Notes: generated from the letters alone by a model not told the origin. A stretch of 35,111 bases of DNA from Alphaproteobacteria bacterium (GCA_030428345.1 JAUIBM010000001.1:1-35111); one strand, 5' to 3'. Counted from the first letter of the stretch, positions 6,771 to 14,879 are shown. A program made the numbers and translations.

Positions 6771-9463
6771 GCAGCAGCATCCAGCTTGTTCAACAGGGCG
6801 GCGAACATGCCGCCGGAAAGAAGAAGATCGCGCTCGGCCTCGCTCGCGATGTCGACACGGGCGCTGAAGCGGCGCGGCTCGCCCGCTTCGTCATGCGCCT
6901 CCACGCTTACGGCCTCTCCCGCCATGACGGCGGCGTGAAGGTTGCCAAATCGGAAGCGCTCGAAGCCGGTAAGGCCGAGCGTGGCGGCCGACTCGTCCTT
7001 GGCGAAGACCAGCGGCAGAATGCCGACGCCGATCAGGTTGGAGCGATGGATCCGCTCGAAGCTTTCCGCCAGTGCGGCGCGAACGCCGAGCAGCTTCGGC
7101 CCCTTCGCCGCCCAGTCGCGGCTGGAGCCCATGCCGTAATCGCGCCCGCCGAGCACGATCGCGGGCGCGCCCTGCCGCCTGAACGCCATCGCCGCCTCGT
7201 AGATCGCTACAGGCGGGGCATCGGGTGACAGGCGGGTGAAGCCGCCTTCGGTTCCCGGCGCGAGAAGGTTTTTCAGCCGCTGATTGGCGAAGGTGATCCG
7301 GGCCATGAATTCATGATTGCCGCGCCGCTGGGTCACGGCGTTGAAATCCTTCGGCTTGACGCCCTGTGCGACGAGATATTGCCCGGCCAGCGTGTCCGGC
7401 GAGATTTCCCCGCTGGGTGTGATGTGGTCGGTCGTCAGCGAGTCGCCGACCATCAGCAGGGTGCGGGCGTCCTCCAGACTGTCCGGCAGGGCGGGGCTGT
7501 CGAGGTCGAAGAACGGCGGCGGGCAGACATAGGTCGAGGCGGGATCCCATTGGAAGCGCCGGCCTGTCGGGGCCTCGAGCCGCCGCCACAATTCGGCGCC
7601 GTCGAACAGCCTTGCATAGCTTTTCTGGAACTGTTCGGGCTGCAGGCTCTCGCGCACAAGCTGTTCGAGCTCGGCCGGGTCGGGCCAGATGTCGCGCAGA
7701 TGAACCGGCTGGCCATCGCTGCCCGTCCCCAGCGGCTCTGCCTCGACATCGATGTCGATCCGCCCGGCAAGCGCGAAGGCTACCACCAGCGGCGGGGAAG
7801 CCAGAAAATTGGCGCGGCAGCTGCGATGGATCCGGCCCTCGAAATTGCGATTGCCCGAAAGGACCGCCGCCGCGACCAGATCGTGCTTGGAGATCGCCTC
7901 GGCCAGCTCCGGGCGGATCGGACCTGACTTGCCCGAGCAGGTCGTGCAGCCGAAGCCGACGATATGAAAGCCGAGCTGCTCCAGCGGGGCCAGAAGCCCG
8001 GCCTTCGCCAGGTAGTCCTCCACGAGGCGCGAACCCGGCGCCAGCGACGTCTTGACCCAGCCCGGCGTCCTGAGCCCGAGGCGGACCGCGTTGCGCGCCA
8101 GCAGGCCGGCGCCGAGCATCACGGCCGGGTTGGACGTGTTGGTGCAGGAGGTGATCGCCGCGACCATGATCGAGCCGTGGCGCAGGGGCTGCTCGAAGCC
8201 TTCGACCGCAACCGCCTTGTCGCTCTCGCCCTGCGGCACGCCGAAGCCGCCTTGCGCCACCGGGGTGCTCAGGCTTTCGCAGAAGACCGACTTGATGTCC
8301 GTCAGCGGAACACGGTCCTGTGGCCGGCGCGGACCCGCCAGGCACGGGGCGATGGCGCCGAGATCGATGGAGACGATCTCGGAATAGTCCGCCTCGACGC
8401 CATGGTCCTCGACATAGAGCCCCGCCGCGCGGGCATGGGCTTCCACCAGGGCTACATGCCCTGCGGGCCGGCCGGACTGGTGCAGATAGTCGATGGTGCG
8501 CGCATCGATTGCGAAATAGCCGATGGTGGCGCCATATTCCGGCGCCATGTTTGCGATCGTCGCCCGCTCGGGAACCGACAACCCGGCGACGCCCTCGCCG
8601 AAGAACTCCACGAAGTCGCCGACCACGCCGACCTTGCGTAGCCGCTCGGTAATGGTGAGGACCATGTCGGTGGTCGTCGATCCGGCCGGCAGCCTGCCGG
8701 TCAGGCGAACGCCGACGACGCGCGGAATGCGCACGACATGGCGCTGCCCGAGCGCCACCGCCTCGCCCTCTATGCCGCCCACCCCCCAGGCCAGCAGGCC
8801 AATGCCGTTCACCATCGGGGTGTGGCTGTCGCAGCCGATCACGAATTCGGGCGCGGCGATCGCGCCATGGCCGGGCAGGGTGATCCGCTCCACCAGCATG
8901 GCCAGCTTTTCCAGATGCACCTGGTGGATGATTCCCGCGCCGGGCGGCACGACCTGCAGCTTGGCGAAGGCCTGCTGCGCCCATTTGAAGAAGCTGTAGC
9001 GCTCGCCATTGCGCCGGTATTCTTCCGCGATGTTGCGTTCGCGCGCATCGGCGCGCCCGGCGACATCGACAATCAGCGAATGATCCACCACCAGCGCGAT
9101 CGGCACCCGCGGCTCGACGCTGTCGGCGCCTGCGCCCGAAGCATGCGCCGCGTCGCGCGCCGCCGCCAGATCCATCAGCACCGGCAATCCGCTGGAATCG
9201 GGCAGGATCAGGCGCGATACCATGAGCGGCGCGGAGAGCGGCGGCGTCTCGCCGGTCCATCCGGCGATCTGCGCGGCGATGTCTGCGGTGTCATGGCCGA
9301 GCAGGTCCTGCCGGCTGAGATTTTCCAGCACCACCTTTAGGCAGGACGGCAGGGGCCTGCTGCGTGCTGCGGTGAGGGCGTCCAGATCGATGCACGACAT
9401 GGCCGAGCCGTCCGGCAGCGTGAAGCCGCGAAGTGGGGATAGGGCTGGTCGGGTTGCGCGCAC
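6767..9463 (-). CDS. AcnA/IRP-type aconitase-family hydratase (paralog; substrate unknown)
   Basis: Motifs seen are LPSCLKVVLENL, VVDHSLIVD, GCDSHTPMVNGIGLLAWGVGGIEGEA, ITSCTNTSNP, GCTTCSGKSG, SGNRNFEGRIH and GMGSSRDWAAKG. The start is uncertain. The GTG at 9463 gives the same N-terminal spacing to the LPxS motif as the E. coli AcnA sequence I recall from memory. Alternatives are the ATG at 9400 and the TTG at 9523 (track start, but it coincides with a TTGACA -35-like hexamer). Confidence 0.88.
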   Translation of the reverse strand: MRATRPALSPLRGFTLPDGSAMSCIDLDALTAARSRPLPSCLKVVLENLSRQDLLGHDTADIAAQIAGWTGETPPLSAPLMVSRLILPDSSGLPVLMDLAAARDAAHASGAGADSVEPRVPIALVVDHSLIVDVAGRADARERNIAEEYRRNGERYSFFKWAQQAFAKLQVVPPGAGIIHQVHLEKLAMLVERITLPGHGAIAAPEFVIGCDSHTPMVNGIGLLAWGVGGIEGEAVALGQRHVVRIPRVVGVRLTGRLPAGSTTTDMVLTITERLRKVGVVGDFVEFFGEGVAGLSVPERATIANMAPEYGATIGYFAIDARTIDYLHQSGRPAGHVALVEAHARAAGLYVEDHGVEADYSEIVSIDLGAIAPCLAGPRRPQDRVPLTDIKSVFCESLSTPVAQGGFGVPQGESDKAVAVEGFEQPLRHGSIMVAAITSCTNTSNPAVMLGAGLLARNAVRLGLRTPGWVKTSLAPGSRLVEDYLAKAGLLAPLEQLGFHIVGFGCTTCSGKSGPIRPELAEAISKHDLVAAAVLSGNRNFEGRIHRSCRANFLASPPLVVAFALAGRIDIDVEAEPLGTGSDGQPVHLRDIWPDPAELEQLVRESLQPEQFQKSYARLFDGAELWRRLEAPTGRRFQWDPASTYVCPPPFFDLDSPALPDSLEDARTLLMVGDSLTTDHITPSGEISPDTLAGQYLVAQGVKPKDFNAVTQRRGNHEFMARITFANQRLKNLLAPGTEGGFTRLSPDAPPVAIYEAAMAFRRQGAPAIVLGGRDYGMGSSRDWAAKGPKLLGVRAALAESFERIHRSNLIGVGILPLVFAKDESAATLGLTGFERFRFGNLHAAVMAGEAVSVEAHDEAGEPRRFSARVDIASEAERDLLLSGGMFAALLNKLDAAA

Positions 9464-9495
9464 GTGCCTTCGGTCGCCTCCATTTTGCGGGGCGG

Positions 9496-9523
9496 AGATT
9501 ACATCGAAGCGCCAAACTGTCAA
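9496..9523 (-). promoter_or_regulatory. Candidate promoter of the aconitase-amidohydrolase-amidase operon
   Basis: On the minus strand: TTGACA (rc of 9518..9523), a 16-nt spacer, then TAATCT (rc of 9496..9501). The -35 again lies inside a TGTCAAC-core motif. Confidence 0.35.
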
Positions 9524-9528
9524 CTCTT
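9515..9528. promoter_or_regulatory. Candidate GntR-type operator, site 3
   Basis: AACTGTCAACTCTT in the gntR/aconitase divergent region. It shares the TGTCAAC(A/T)(C/T)T core with sites 1, 2 and 4. Confidence 0.45.
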
Positions 9529-9542
9529 TGGGTGGTTCGCGC

Positions 9543-9571
9543 TTGCCTCAGGCTGTGAACTCGGGTATTTA
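9543..9571 (+). promoter_or_regulatory. Candidate gntR promoter
   Basis: TTGCCT (9543..9548), a 17-nt spacer, then TATTTA (9566..9571). This would place operator site 4 downstream of the transcription start. Confidence 0.3.
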
Positions 9572-9597
9572 GCTGAAAATCGGACGCAGCCTGATCA

Positions 9598-9609
9598 AAG
9601 TGTTGACAG
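9598..9609. promoter_or_regulatory. Candidate GntR-type operator, site 4 (inverted relative to site 3)
   Basis: AAGTGTTGACAG. With its flanks, its reverse complement reads CTGTCAACACTTTG, against CTGTCAACTCTTTG at site 3 (13 of 14 identical). It ends 5 nt before the gntR ATG. Confidence 0.45.
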
Positions 9610-9613
9610 GAAG

Positions 9614-10291
9614 ATGGATTTGCAAGCACACGATCAAGCCCCTCTGGTGAACCAGATCTTCGACAGGATATTCGAATTGTTGCTCTCGGGCGAGATACCG
9701 CTCGGCGGCACCTTGAACGAGGCGACGCTGGCTGCGCGCTTCTCGGTGAGCCGCGGTCCTGTGCGCGAAGCGATCAAGATGTTCCAGGGGCGCGGCCTCG
9801 TCGTCAAGGAGCCCTATCTCAAGGCGCATGTGGTGGAATTGTCGGTTTCCGACATGATCCAGATCTTCCAGCTGCGCGAGGCCGTGGAATGCATGTCCAT
9901 CCGCCTCGCCACCCGGAACATGAGCGACGCGGAAATCGACCATCTGCTGTCCGAATTCACGATCGCCCGCACGGGCGAGAACATCGACGTCCTGGACGTT
10001 CACGTCCGCATCGCCGAAGGCTGCGGCAATGAGCGCATCCGCGCCTTGCTCTGCGACGAGCTTTACCATCTGCTGCGGCTCTACAGGGCCCGCTCCGGCG
10101 GCAAGCCGGGCCGGCGCAAGGACGCTTATTCCGAACACTGGCAGATCTTGCGGGCGATGAAGGCGCGCGACGCCGATCTGGCTGAATCATTGATGCGCGC
10201 ACACATCATGCGCGCCACCCGGTCCCTGGAAGAGGTCCTGGCCAACACGACGGCGGACCAGCAGGGCAGCGCAAACAGGGAGGCGGGATGA
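9614..10291 (+). CDS. GntR-family (FadR/FCD-type) transcriptional regulator
   Basis: The wHTH region reads LNEATLAARFSVSRGPVREAIKMFQGRGLVV, followed by an all-helical C-terminal domain of about 150 aa. The ATG at 9614 is preceded by AGGAAG. The stop overlaps the next start (ATGA). Confidence 0.9.
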   Translation: MDLQAHDQAPLVNQIFDRIFELLLSGEIPLGGTLNEATLAARFSVSRGPVREAIKMFQGRGLVVKEPYLKAHVVELSVSDMIQIFQLREAVECMSIRLATRNMSDAEIDHLLSEFTIARTGENIDVLDVHVRIAEGCGNERIRALLCDELYHLLRLYRARSGGKPGRRKDAYSEHWQILRAMKARDADLAESLMRAHIMRATRSLEEVLANTTADQQGSANREAG

Positions 10292-11214
10292 CCATACAGA
10301 CCCAGATTGCCATACGGCCGACGCAACGCATGCGGGAACTCATCGCGGGCGCCGATCTCATCGTCTCTCCCGGAGTCTATGACGGCTACAGCGTGCGCCT
10401 TGTCGAGAAGATGGGCTTCAAGACGGCCTGCACCACCGGGGCGGGGCTTTCCAACTCGCGCCTGGGCGTGCCCGATATCGGCGTCATGGGCCTCAGCGAC
10501 AATGTCGAAGCCTGCCGCGTGATGGCGCGATCGGTGTCGATCCCGGTCATGGCCGACGCCGATACCGGCTATGGCAATCCGGCGAACATGCTGCACACCG
10601 TTCGCATGTTCGAGGATGCGGGCGTTGCCGGGATCAACATCGAGGATCAGGTCAGCCCCAAGCGCTGCGGCCACATGCAGGGCAAGGACGTGGTCGACAT
10701 GCGGGAAATGGCCCGCAAGATCGAGGCGGCCTGCGACGCGCGCAAGGACGACGACTTCGTCATTCTGGCGCGCACCGACGCGATCGCGATCGAGGGTCTT
10801 GAGGGCGCGATACGCCGCGCGCAGCTCTACGCCAAGGCCGGCGCCGACCTCATTTTCGCCGACGCCATCGGCGGCGAGGACCAGATCAAGGCGCTGGTGG
10901 ACGCCGTGCCGGTTCCCGTGTCGGTCAACATGGGCTTCGGCATCCGCAACCGCCCGACCACGCCGCTCATTCCCCTGACGCGGCTCGCCGAAATCGGCGT
11001 CCGGCGCGTCACCTTGCCCAGATTGCTGCCGGCCGCCGCGATCCTGGCGATGGAAAACGCCCTGTCCATCCTCAAGCAGTCGATCCTGACCGGCGAGATC
11101 GTCCACCGGCCCGACCTTCTGGCCGGCATCGACGACATCTGGGAATTGATGGGACAGCCCGAATTCCGCCTGCAGGAAGCCCGCTACAACAATCTGGAAG
11201 ACCTCGACCTGTAA
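10288..11214 (+). CDS. Isocitrate lyase / PEP mutase superfamily lyase (2-methylisocitrate lyase / 2,3-dimethylmalate lyase-like)
   Basis: Motifs seen are SPGVYDGYS, DADTGYG, GINIEDQ and the diagnostic KRCGH loop (VSPKRCGHMQGK), plus ILARTDA. The product is 308 aa. Confidence 0.88.
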   Translation: MTIQTQIAIRPTQRMRELIAGADLIVSPGVYDGYSVRLVEKMGFKTACTTGAGLSNSRLGVPDIGVMGLSDNVEACRVMARSVSIPVMADADTGYGNPANMLHTVRMFEDAGVAGINIEDQVSPKRCGHMQGKDVVDMREMARKIEAACDARKDDDFVILARTDAIAIEGLEGAIRRAQLYAKAGADLIFADAIGGEDQIKALVDAVPVPVSVNMGFGIRNRPTTPLIPLTRLAEIGVRRVTLPRLLPAAAILAMENALSILKQSILTGEIVHRPDLLAGIDDIWELMGQPEFRLQEARYNNLEDLDL

Positions 11215-11366
11215 CCGCCCTTGCGGCGGGTTCGGCGTGCTGTCCCAGCCATTTCCGGGATCGCGGTGGATAATCCCGATGCGGCGTGCGTTCGGTGCTG
11301 TAACGGCCGCGCGCGCCGTCGTATCGTCCCCGCGGTCCGGCATGGCCGGCGAAAACGGACAGGGAC

Positions 11367-12584
11367 ATGAGCCAGAGCGCACCCAGGATGATCGTTGCCC
11401 GGCGCGAGGTCGACACGACGCCGCGCCGGCTCGCCGGATTTCTCAGCCTGGCGGATTTCGAGCGCGCGGCGAAGCGCCGGCTGCCGCGACAGATCTACGG
11501 CTATTACGCCAACGCCGCCGAAACCGGGCAATCGCTGACCGGCAATCTGGCCGCCTTCCGCAATTACGATCTGGTGCCGCGCGTCCTGGCGGATGTTTCG
11601 ACGCGCTCGGCGAGCGCCAGCCTGTTCGGCAAGCGCTATTCCGCGCCCTTCGGCATTGCGCCGATGGGCCTTTCCGGGCTTGCGACCTTCGACGGCGAGA
11701 TTGTGCTGGCGCGCGCGGCGAAGGCGGCGAACATTCCCTCCATCGTCAGCGCCACATCGCTGACCCCGCTTGAGCGCGTTGCCTCGCAGGGCGGCGCGCG
11801 CTGGTTCCAGGCCTATCTTCCGGGCGAGGACGACCGCATCGAGGCCATGGTCGATCGCGTCGCGGCGGCCGGCTACGACACCTTCGTGCTGACGGCCGAC
11901 GTGCCGGTAGCCGCCAATGCCGAGAACCATGTCCGCGTCGGTTTCAGTTCACCGCTGCGCCCGTCGCTGCGGCTGGCCTGGGACGGGCTGATGCGGCCGC
12001 GCTGGCTGGCCGACACCTGGTTCAGGACCCTGCTCAAGAAGGGTGTTCCGCATTTCGAGAACATGGACGCCTTTCGCGGGCCGCCGATCCTGGCGCGCAA
12101 TGTCGTGCGGGCGCTGGGCGCGCGCGACCAGCTTGCCTGGCGTCATCTGGCGCTGATCCGCAAGCGCTGGTCCGGCCGGCTGGTGGTCAAGGGCGTCCTG
12201 TCGGCGGCGGACGCGCTTCTGGCGCGCGAGCATGGCGCGGACGGGGTCATCGTCTCCAACCACGGCGGGCGGCAGCTGGACGGCGCGCCGCCCTCGCTTT
12301 CCGCGCTGCCCGCGATCGCCGAGGTCGCGGGCGACATGACGGTGATGCTGGATGGCGGGGTCCGGCGCGGCTCCGACGTGTTCAAGGCGCTGGCGCTCGG
12401 CGCGGACTTCGTCTTCGTCGGCCGGCCGTTCCTCTATGCCGCCGCCATCGGCGGGGAAGCGGGCGTCGCGCGCGCGATCGCCCTTCTTTCCTCCGAGATC
12501 AACCGCAACATGGCGCTGCTGGGCGTCACCCGCATCGAGGACATTGGCGGCGAGCACATCGAGCGCTCGCAGTTTCCGCGGTGA
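11367..12584 (+). CDS. FMN-dependent alpha-hydroxy-acid dehydrogenase/oxidase (LldD / glycolate oxidase / mandelate dehydrogenase family)
   Basis: Family motifs are present: PFGIAPMG, VVKGV, IVSNHGGRQLDG, DGGVRRGSDVFKALALGA. The product is 405 aa. Confidence 0.9.
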   Translation: MSQSAPRMIVARREVDTTPRRLAGFLSLADFERAAKRRLPRQIYGYYANAAETGQSLTGNLAAFRNYDLVPRVLADVSTRSASASLFGKRYSAPFGIAPMGLSGLATFDGEIVLARAAKAANIPSIVSATSLTPLERVASQGGARWFQAYLPGEDDRIEAMVDRVAAAGYDTFVLTADVPVAANAENHVRVGFSSPLRPSLRLAWDGLMRPRWLADTWFRTLLKKGVPHFENMDAFRGPPILARNVVRALGARDQLAWRHLALIRKRWSGRLVVKGVLSAADALLAREHGADGVIVSNHGGRQLDGAPPSLSALPAIAEVAGDMTVMLDGGVRRGSDVFKALALGADFVFVGRPFLYAAAIGGEAGVARAIALLSSEINRNMALLGVTRIEDIGGEHIERSQFPR

Positions 12585-12617
12585 CGGCTTGCCGGCCGCG
12601 CCCGCTCGAGCGCCTGA

Positions 12618-13811
12618 TCAGGTGACGGCGGAGCGGGCCATGTATCGCGCGTCGTCCCACAATCTTTCACGCATGATCCGCTCCAGGATGTGCGCGGCCT
12701 CCAGCACGTCGCTCTCGCGCAGATAGAGCGGCGTGAAGCCGAACCGCATGATGTCGGGCGCGCGGAAATCGCCGATCACGCCATGCGCGATCAGCGCCTG
12801 CATCGCGGCATAGCCATGCTCGAACCGGAACGAGACCTGGCTGCCGCGCCGGGCCGGATCGCGCGGGCTGGCGAGCGCCAGTGCGGGGCATCTCCTTTCC
12901 ACCTGCTCGATGAAAAGCTGCGACAATTCGATCGACTTGCGCCGCACATCGGCCAGATCGACCTCGTCCCACACCTCGAGCGCCGCTTCCAGCGCGATCA
13001 TGCCCAGGATCGGCGGGGTGCCGACCCGCATGCGCTCTATGCCGGGAGCCGGGCGGTACTGCGTCTCGAAGCTGAACGGCGCCTCGTGGCCGAACCAGCC
13101 GGCGAGCGAGGGCTCTGCATGTTCGGCATGCTCCGGGGAGACATGGATGAATGCCGGCGCGCCGGGACCGCCATTGAGATATTTATAGGTGCAGCCGACG
13201 GCGAAATCGGCCTTCGCGCCGGCAAGGTCGACCGGCAGCGCTCCTGCCGAATGGGCGAGGTCCCAGATCGTCAGCGTCCCGGCGCGGTGCGCCTTTTCGG
13301 TGATCGCCGCCATGTCATGCAGGCGTCCGGTGCGGTAGTCGACTTCGGTCAGCATCACGACCGCGGCCGCCTCGTCGATCGCCGCCTCCACCGCTTCGGG
13401 CTCGACGATGCGCAGTTCCAGTCCCTTGCCCAGCAGCCCGACCAGGCCCTGCGCCATGTAGAGATCGGTCGGGAAATTGCCGTTGTCGGAAAGGATGACC
13501 TTGCGGTCCGGGCGCAGCGCCAGCGCGGCGGAAAGGGCTTGGAACACCTTGATCGACAGCGTGTCGCCCATGACCACCGATCCGGCCGGCGCGCCGATCA
13601 GGCGGGCGATCCTGTCGCCCAGCTGGCGCGGCTTGTCGACCCAGCCGGCGCTGTTCCACGCGCGGATGAGTTGCTGGCCCCAATCCTTCTGCATGGTCTG
13701 CGCCACGGCCTGCACCGCCGATTTCGGCAGCGGCCCGAGGGAATTGCCGTCGAGATAGATCACGTCCGCCGGCAGGTCGAAAAAGGCGCGTGTCCTTGCG
13801 AAATCGGTCAT
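12618..13811 (-). CDS. kynU: Kynureninase (PLP-dependent)
   Basis: IYLDGNSLGP is present at the N-terminus. The PLP-lysine context is FAVGCTYKYLNGGPGAPAF, and DLAHSAG is also present. The product is 397 aa. GGGGAA precedes the ATG at 13811. Confidence 0.92.
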   Translation of the reverse strand: MTDFARTRAFFDLPADVIYLDGNSLGPLPKSAVQAVAQTMQKDWGQQLIRAWNSAGWVDKPRQLGDRIARLIGAPAGSVVMGDTLSIKVFQALSAALALRPDRKVILSDNGNFPTDLYMAQGLVGLLGKGLELRIVEPEAVEAAIDEAAAVVMLTEVDYRTGRLHDMAAITEKAHRAGTLTIWDLAHSAGALPVDLAGAKADFAVGCTYKYLNGGPGAPAFIHVSPEHAEHAEPSLAGWFGHEAPFSFETQYRPAPGIERMRVGTPPILGMIALEAALEVWDEVDLADVRRKSIELSQLFIEQVERRCPALALASPRDPARRGSQVSFRFEHGYAAMQALIAHGVIGDFRAPDIMRFGFTPLYLRESDVLEAAHILERIMRERLWDDARYMARSAVT

Positions 13812-13910
13812 CTGATTCCCCGTGTCGGCCGGCCCGGCAATGTTGACCGGCGTGCGATTGAATAATATGTATTCGTATTAAATCAAGTCGGCGAACAGGA
13901 GTACGCGACC

Positions 13911-14879
13911 ATGCAGCATGCAAGACTCCCCAATCTCATCCTTGCCGCAACCCTGTTGGCGATGAGCGGCGGCATCGCCCACGCCCAGTCCGGCAAGGTC
14001 GCCATCGCCTTGTTCGGCCCGCACCCCTCGCTGCAGCAGGCCGTCGACGGCTTCAAGGAGGAACTGGCGTCGGAAGGGGTCGAGGCGACCTATGACGAGG
14101 GCAATGTGAATTTCGACCGTTCGCTGGTCCCCCAGCTGCTCAACAAGCTGAATGCCGGCGACCCCGACCTCATGCTGACGATCACCACGCCCATGACCCA
14201 GTCGGCCAAGCAGATCCTCGCCTCGCGCGACTATCCGATCGTGTTTGCGCCGGTCACCGATCCGGTCAAGGCCGGCTTGGTCCCCTCCTGGGATCACGGC
14301 GCGCCGCTGATGGTCGGCGCATCGAACATCCCCGATTTCGAGGCGACGGTCGACTTCATCGAGAAACTGCTCCCGGACTCCACGCGGCTCGGCATTCTCT
14401 ACAATCCGGGCGACGACAGCGACACCTCCTTCGTCGAAAGGCTGGAGCCGGTCGCCAAGGCCAAGGGCATGGAGCTGGTCAAGATCGGCGTTGACAATGT
14501 CAACGACATCGCGACGCGGGTGCGCTCGGCCAAGGGCCGCGTCGATGCGCTGTTCGTCCCGGCGTCGAGCCTGCTGCAGCCGGCCAGCGCCGCGATCGCC
14601 TCGGCGGCGAACCCGATCGGCCTCCCCGTCTTCGGCAGCAACACCCAGACGGTCGACAATCACCAGATGCTGGGCGCGCTGTCGGTCGACTTCCACCGTG
14701 TCGGCGTCAATGCCGGCAAGATCGCCGCGCGTCTGCTGAAGGGCGAAAAGGCCGAGGACATCGCCATCTCCGTGCCGTCCCCCGAAGACCATGTCGCCCG
14801 CATCAGCGCGCAGCGGCTCAAGGCGCTGGGCCTCACTCTGCCAGACAGCCTGAAAGACTGCGATTGTGTCGCCGAATGA
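13911..14879 (+). CDS. ABC transporter substrate-binding protein, ABC_sub_bind family (putative tryptophan/tyrosine-type uptake system)
   Basis: The signal peptide is LILAATLLAMSGGIAHA. The mature part (KVAIALFGPHPSLQQAVDGFKEEL...ILYNPGDDSDTS...) looks like the binding component of the three-gene systems annotated as putative Trp/Tyr transport. AGGAG lies 9 nt upstream of the ATG. Confidence 0.8.
   Translation: MQHARLPNLILAATLLAMSGGIAHAQSGKVAIALFGPHPSLQQAVDGFKEELASEGVEATYDEGNVNFDRSLVPQLLNKLNAGDPDLMLTITTPMTQSAKQILASRDYPIVFAPVTDPVKAGLVPSWDHGAPLMVGASNIPDFEATVDFIEKLLPDSTRLGILYNPGDDSDTSFVERLEPVAKAKGMELVKIGVDNVNDIATRVRSAKGRVDALFVPASSLLQPASAAIASAANPIGLPVFGSNTQTVDNHQMLGALSVDFHRVGVNAGKIAARLLKGEKAEDIAISVPSPEDHVARISAQRLKALGLTLPDSLKDCDCVAE

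Noticed and set aside
9521-9523. A TTG given by the ORF track as the start of the aconitase-like gene
   Set aside because: This TTG is the first half of a TTGACA hexamer that has a -10-like TAATCT 16 nt downstream. The N-terminal 20 residues it would add have no counterpart in the AcnA sequence I recall. A downstream GTG (9463) or ATG (9400) is more plausible. The true start is unresolved without data.
11215-11235. A short hairpin (CCGCC-N5-GGCGG) just after the stop of the ICL-family lyase, considered as a possible terminator
   Set aside because: It has only a 5-bp stem and no U-tract, so it is too weak to call. The 150-nt gap to the FMN dehydrogenase gene may still hold a promoter or terminator, but I cannot support one from the sequence.
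14490-14504. A perfect 15-bp palindrome GTTGACAATGTCAAC containing the same TGTCAAC/TTGACA half-sites as the proposed GntR operator
   Set aside because: It lies inside the binding-protein coding sequence (IGVDNVNDI), far from any promoter. A 7-1-7 palindrome is expected by chance about once or twice in a window of this size. I treat it as coincidental unless a genome-wide motif scan says otherwise.
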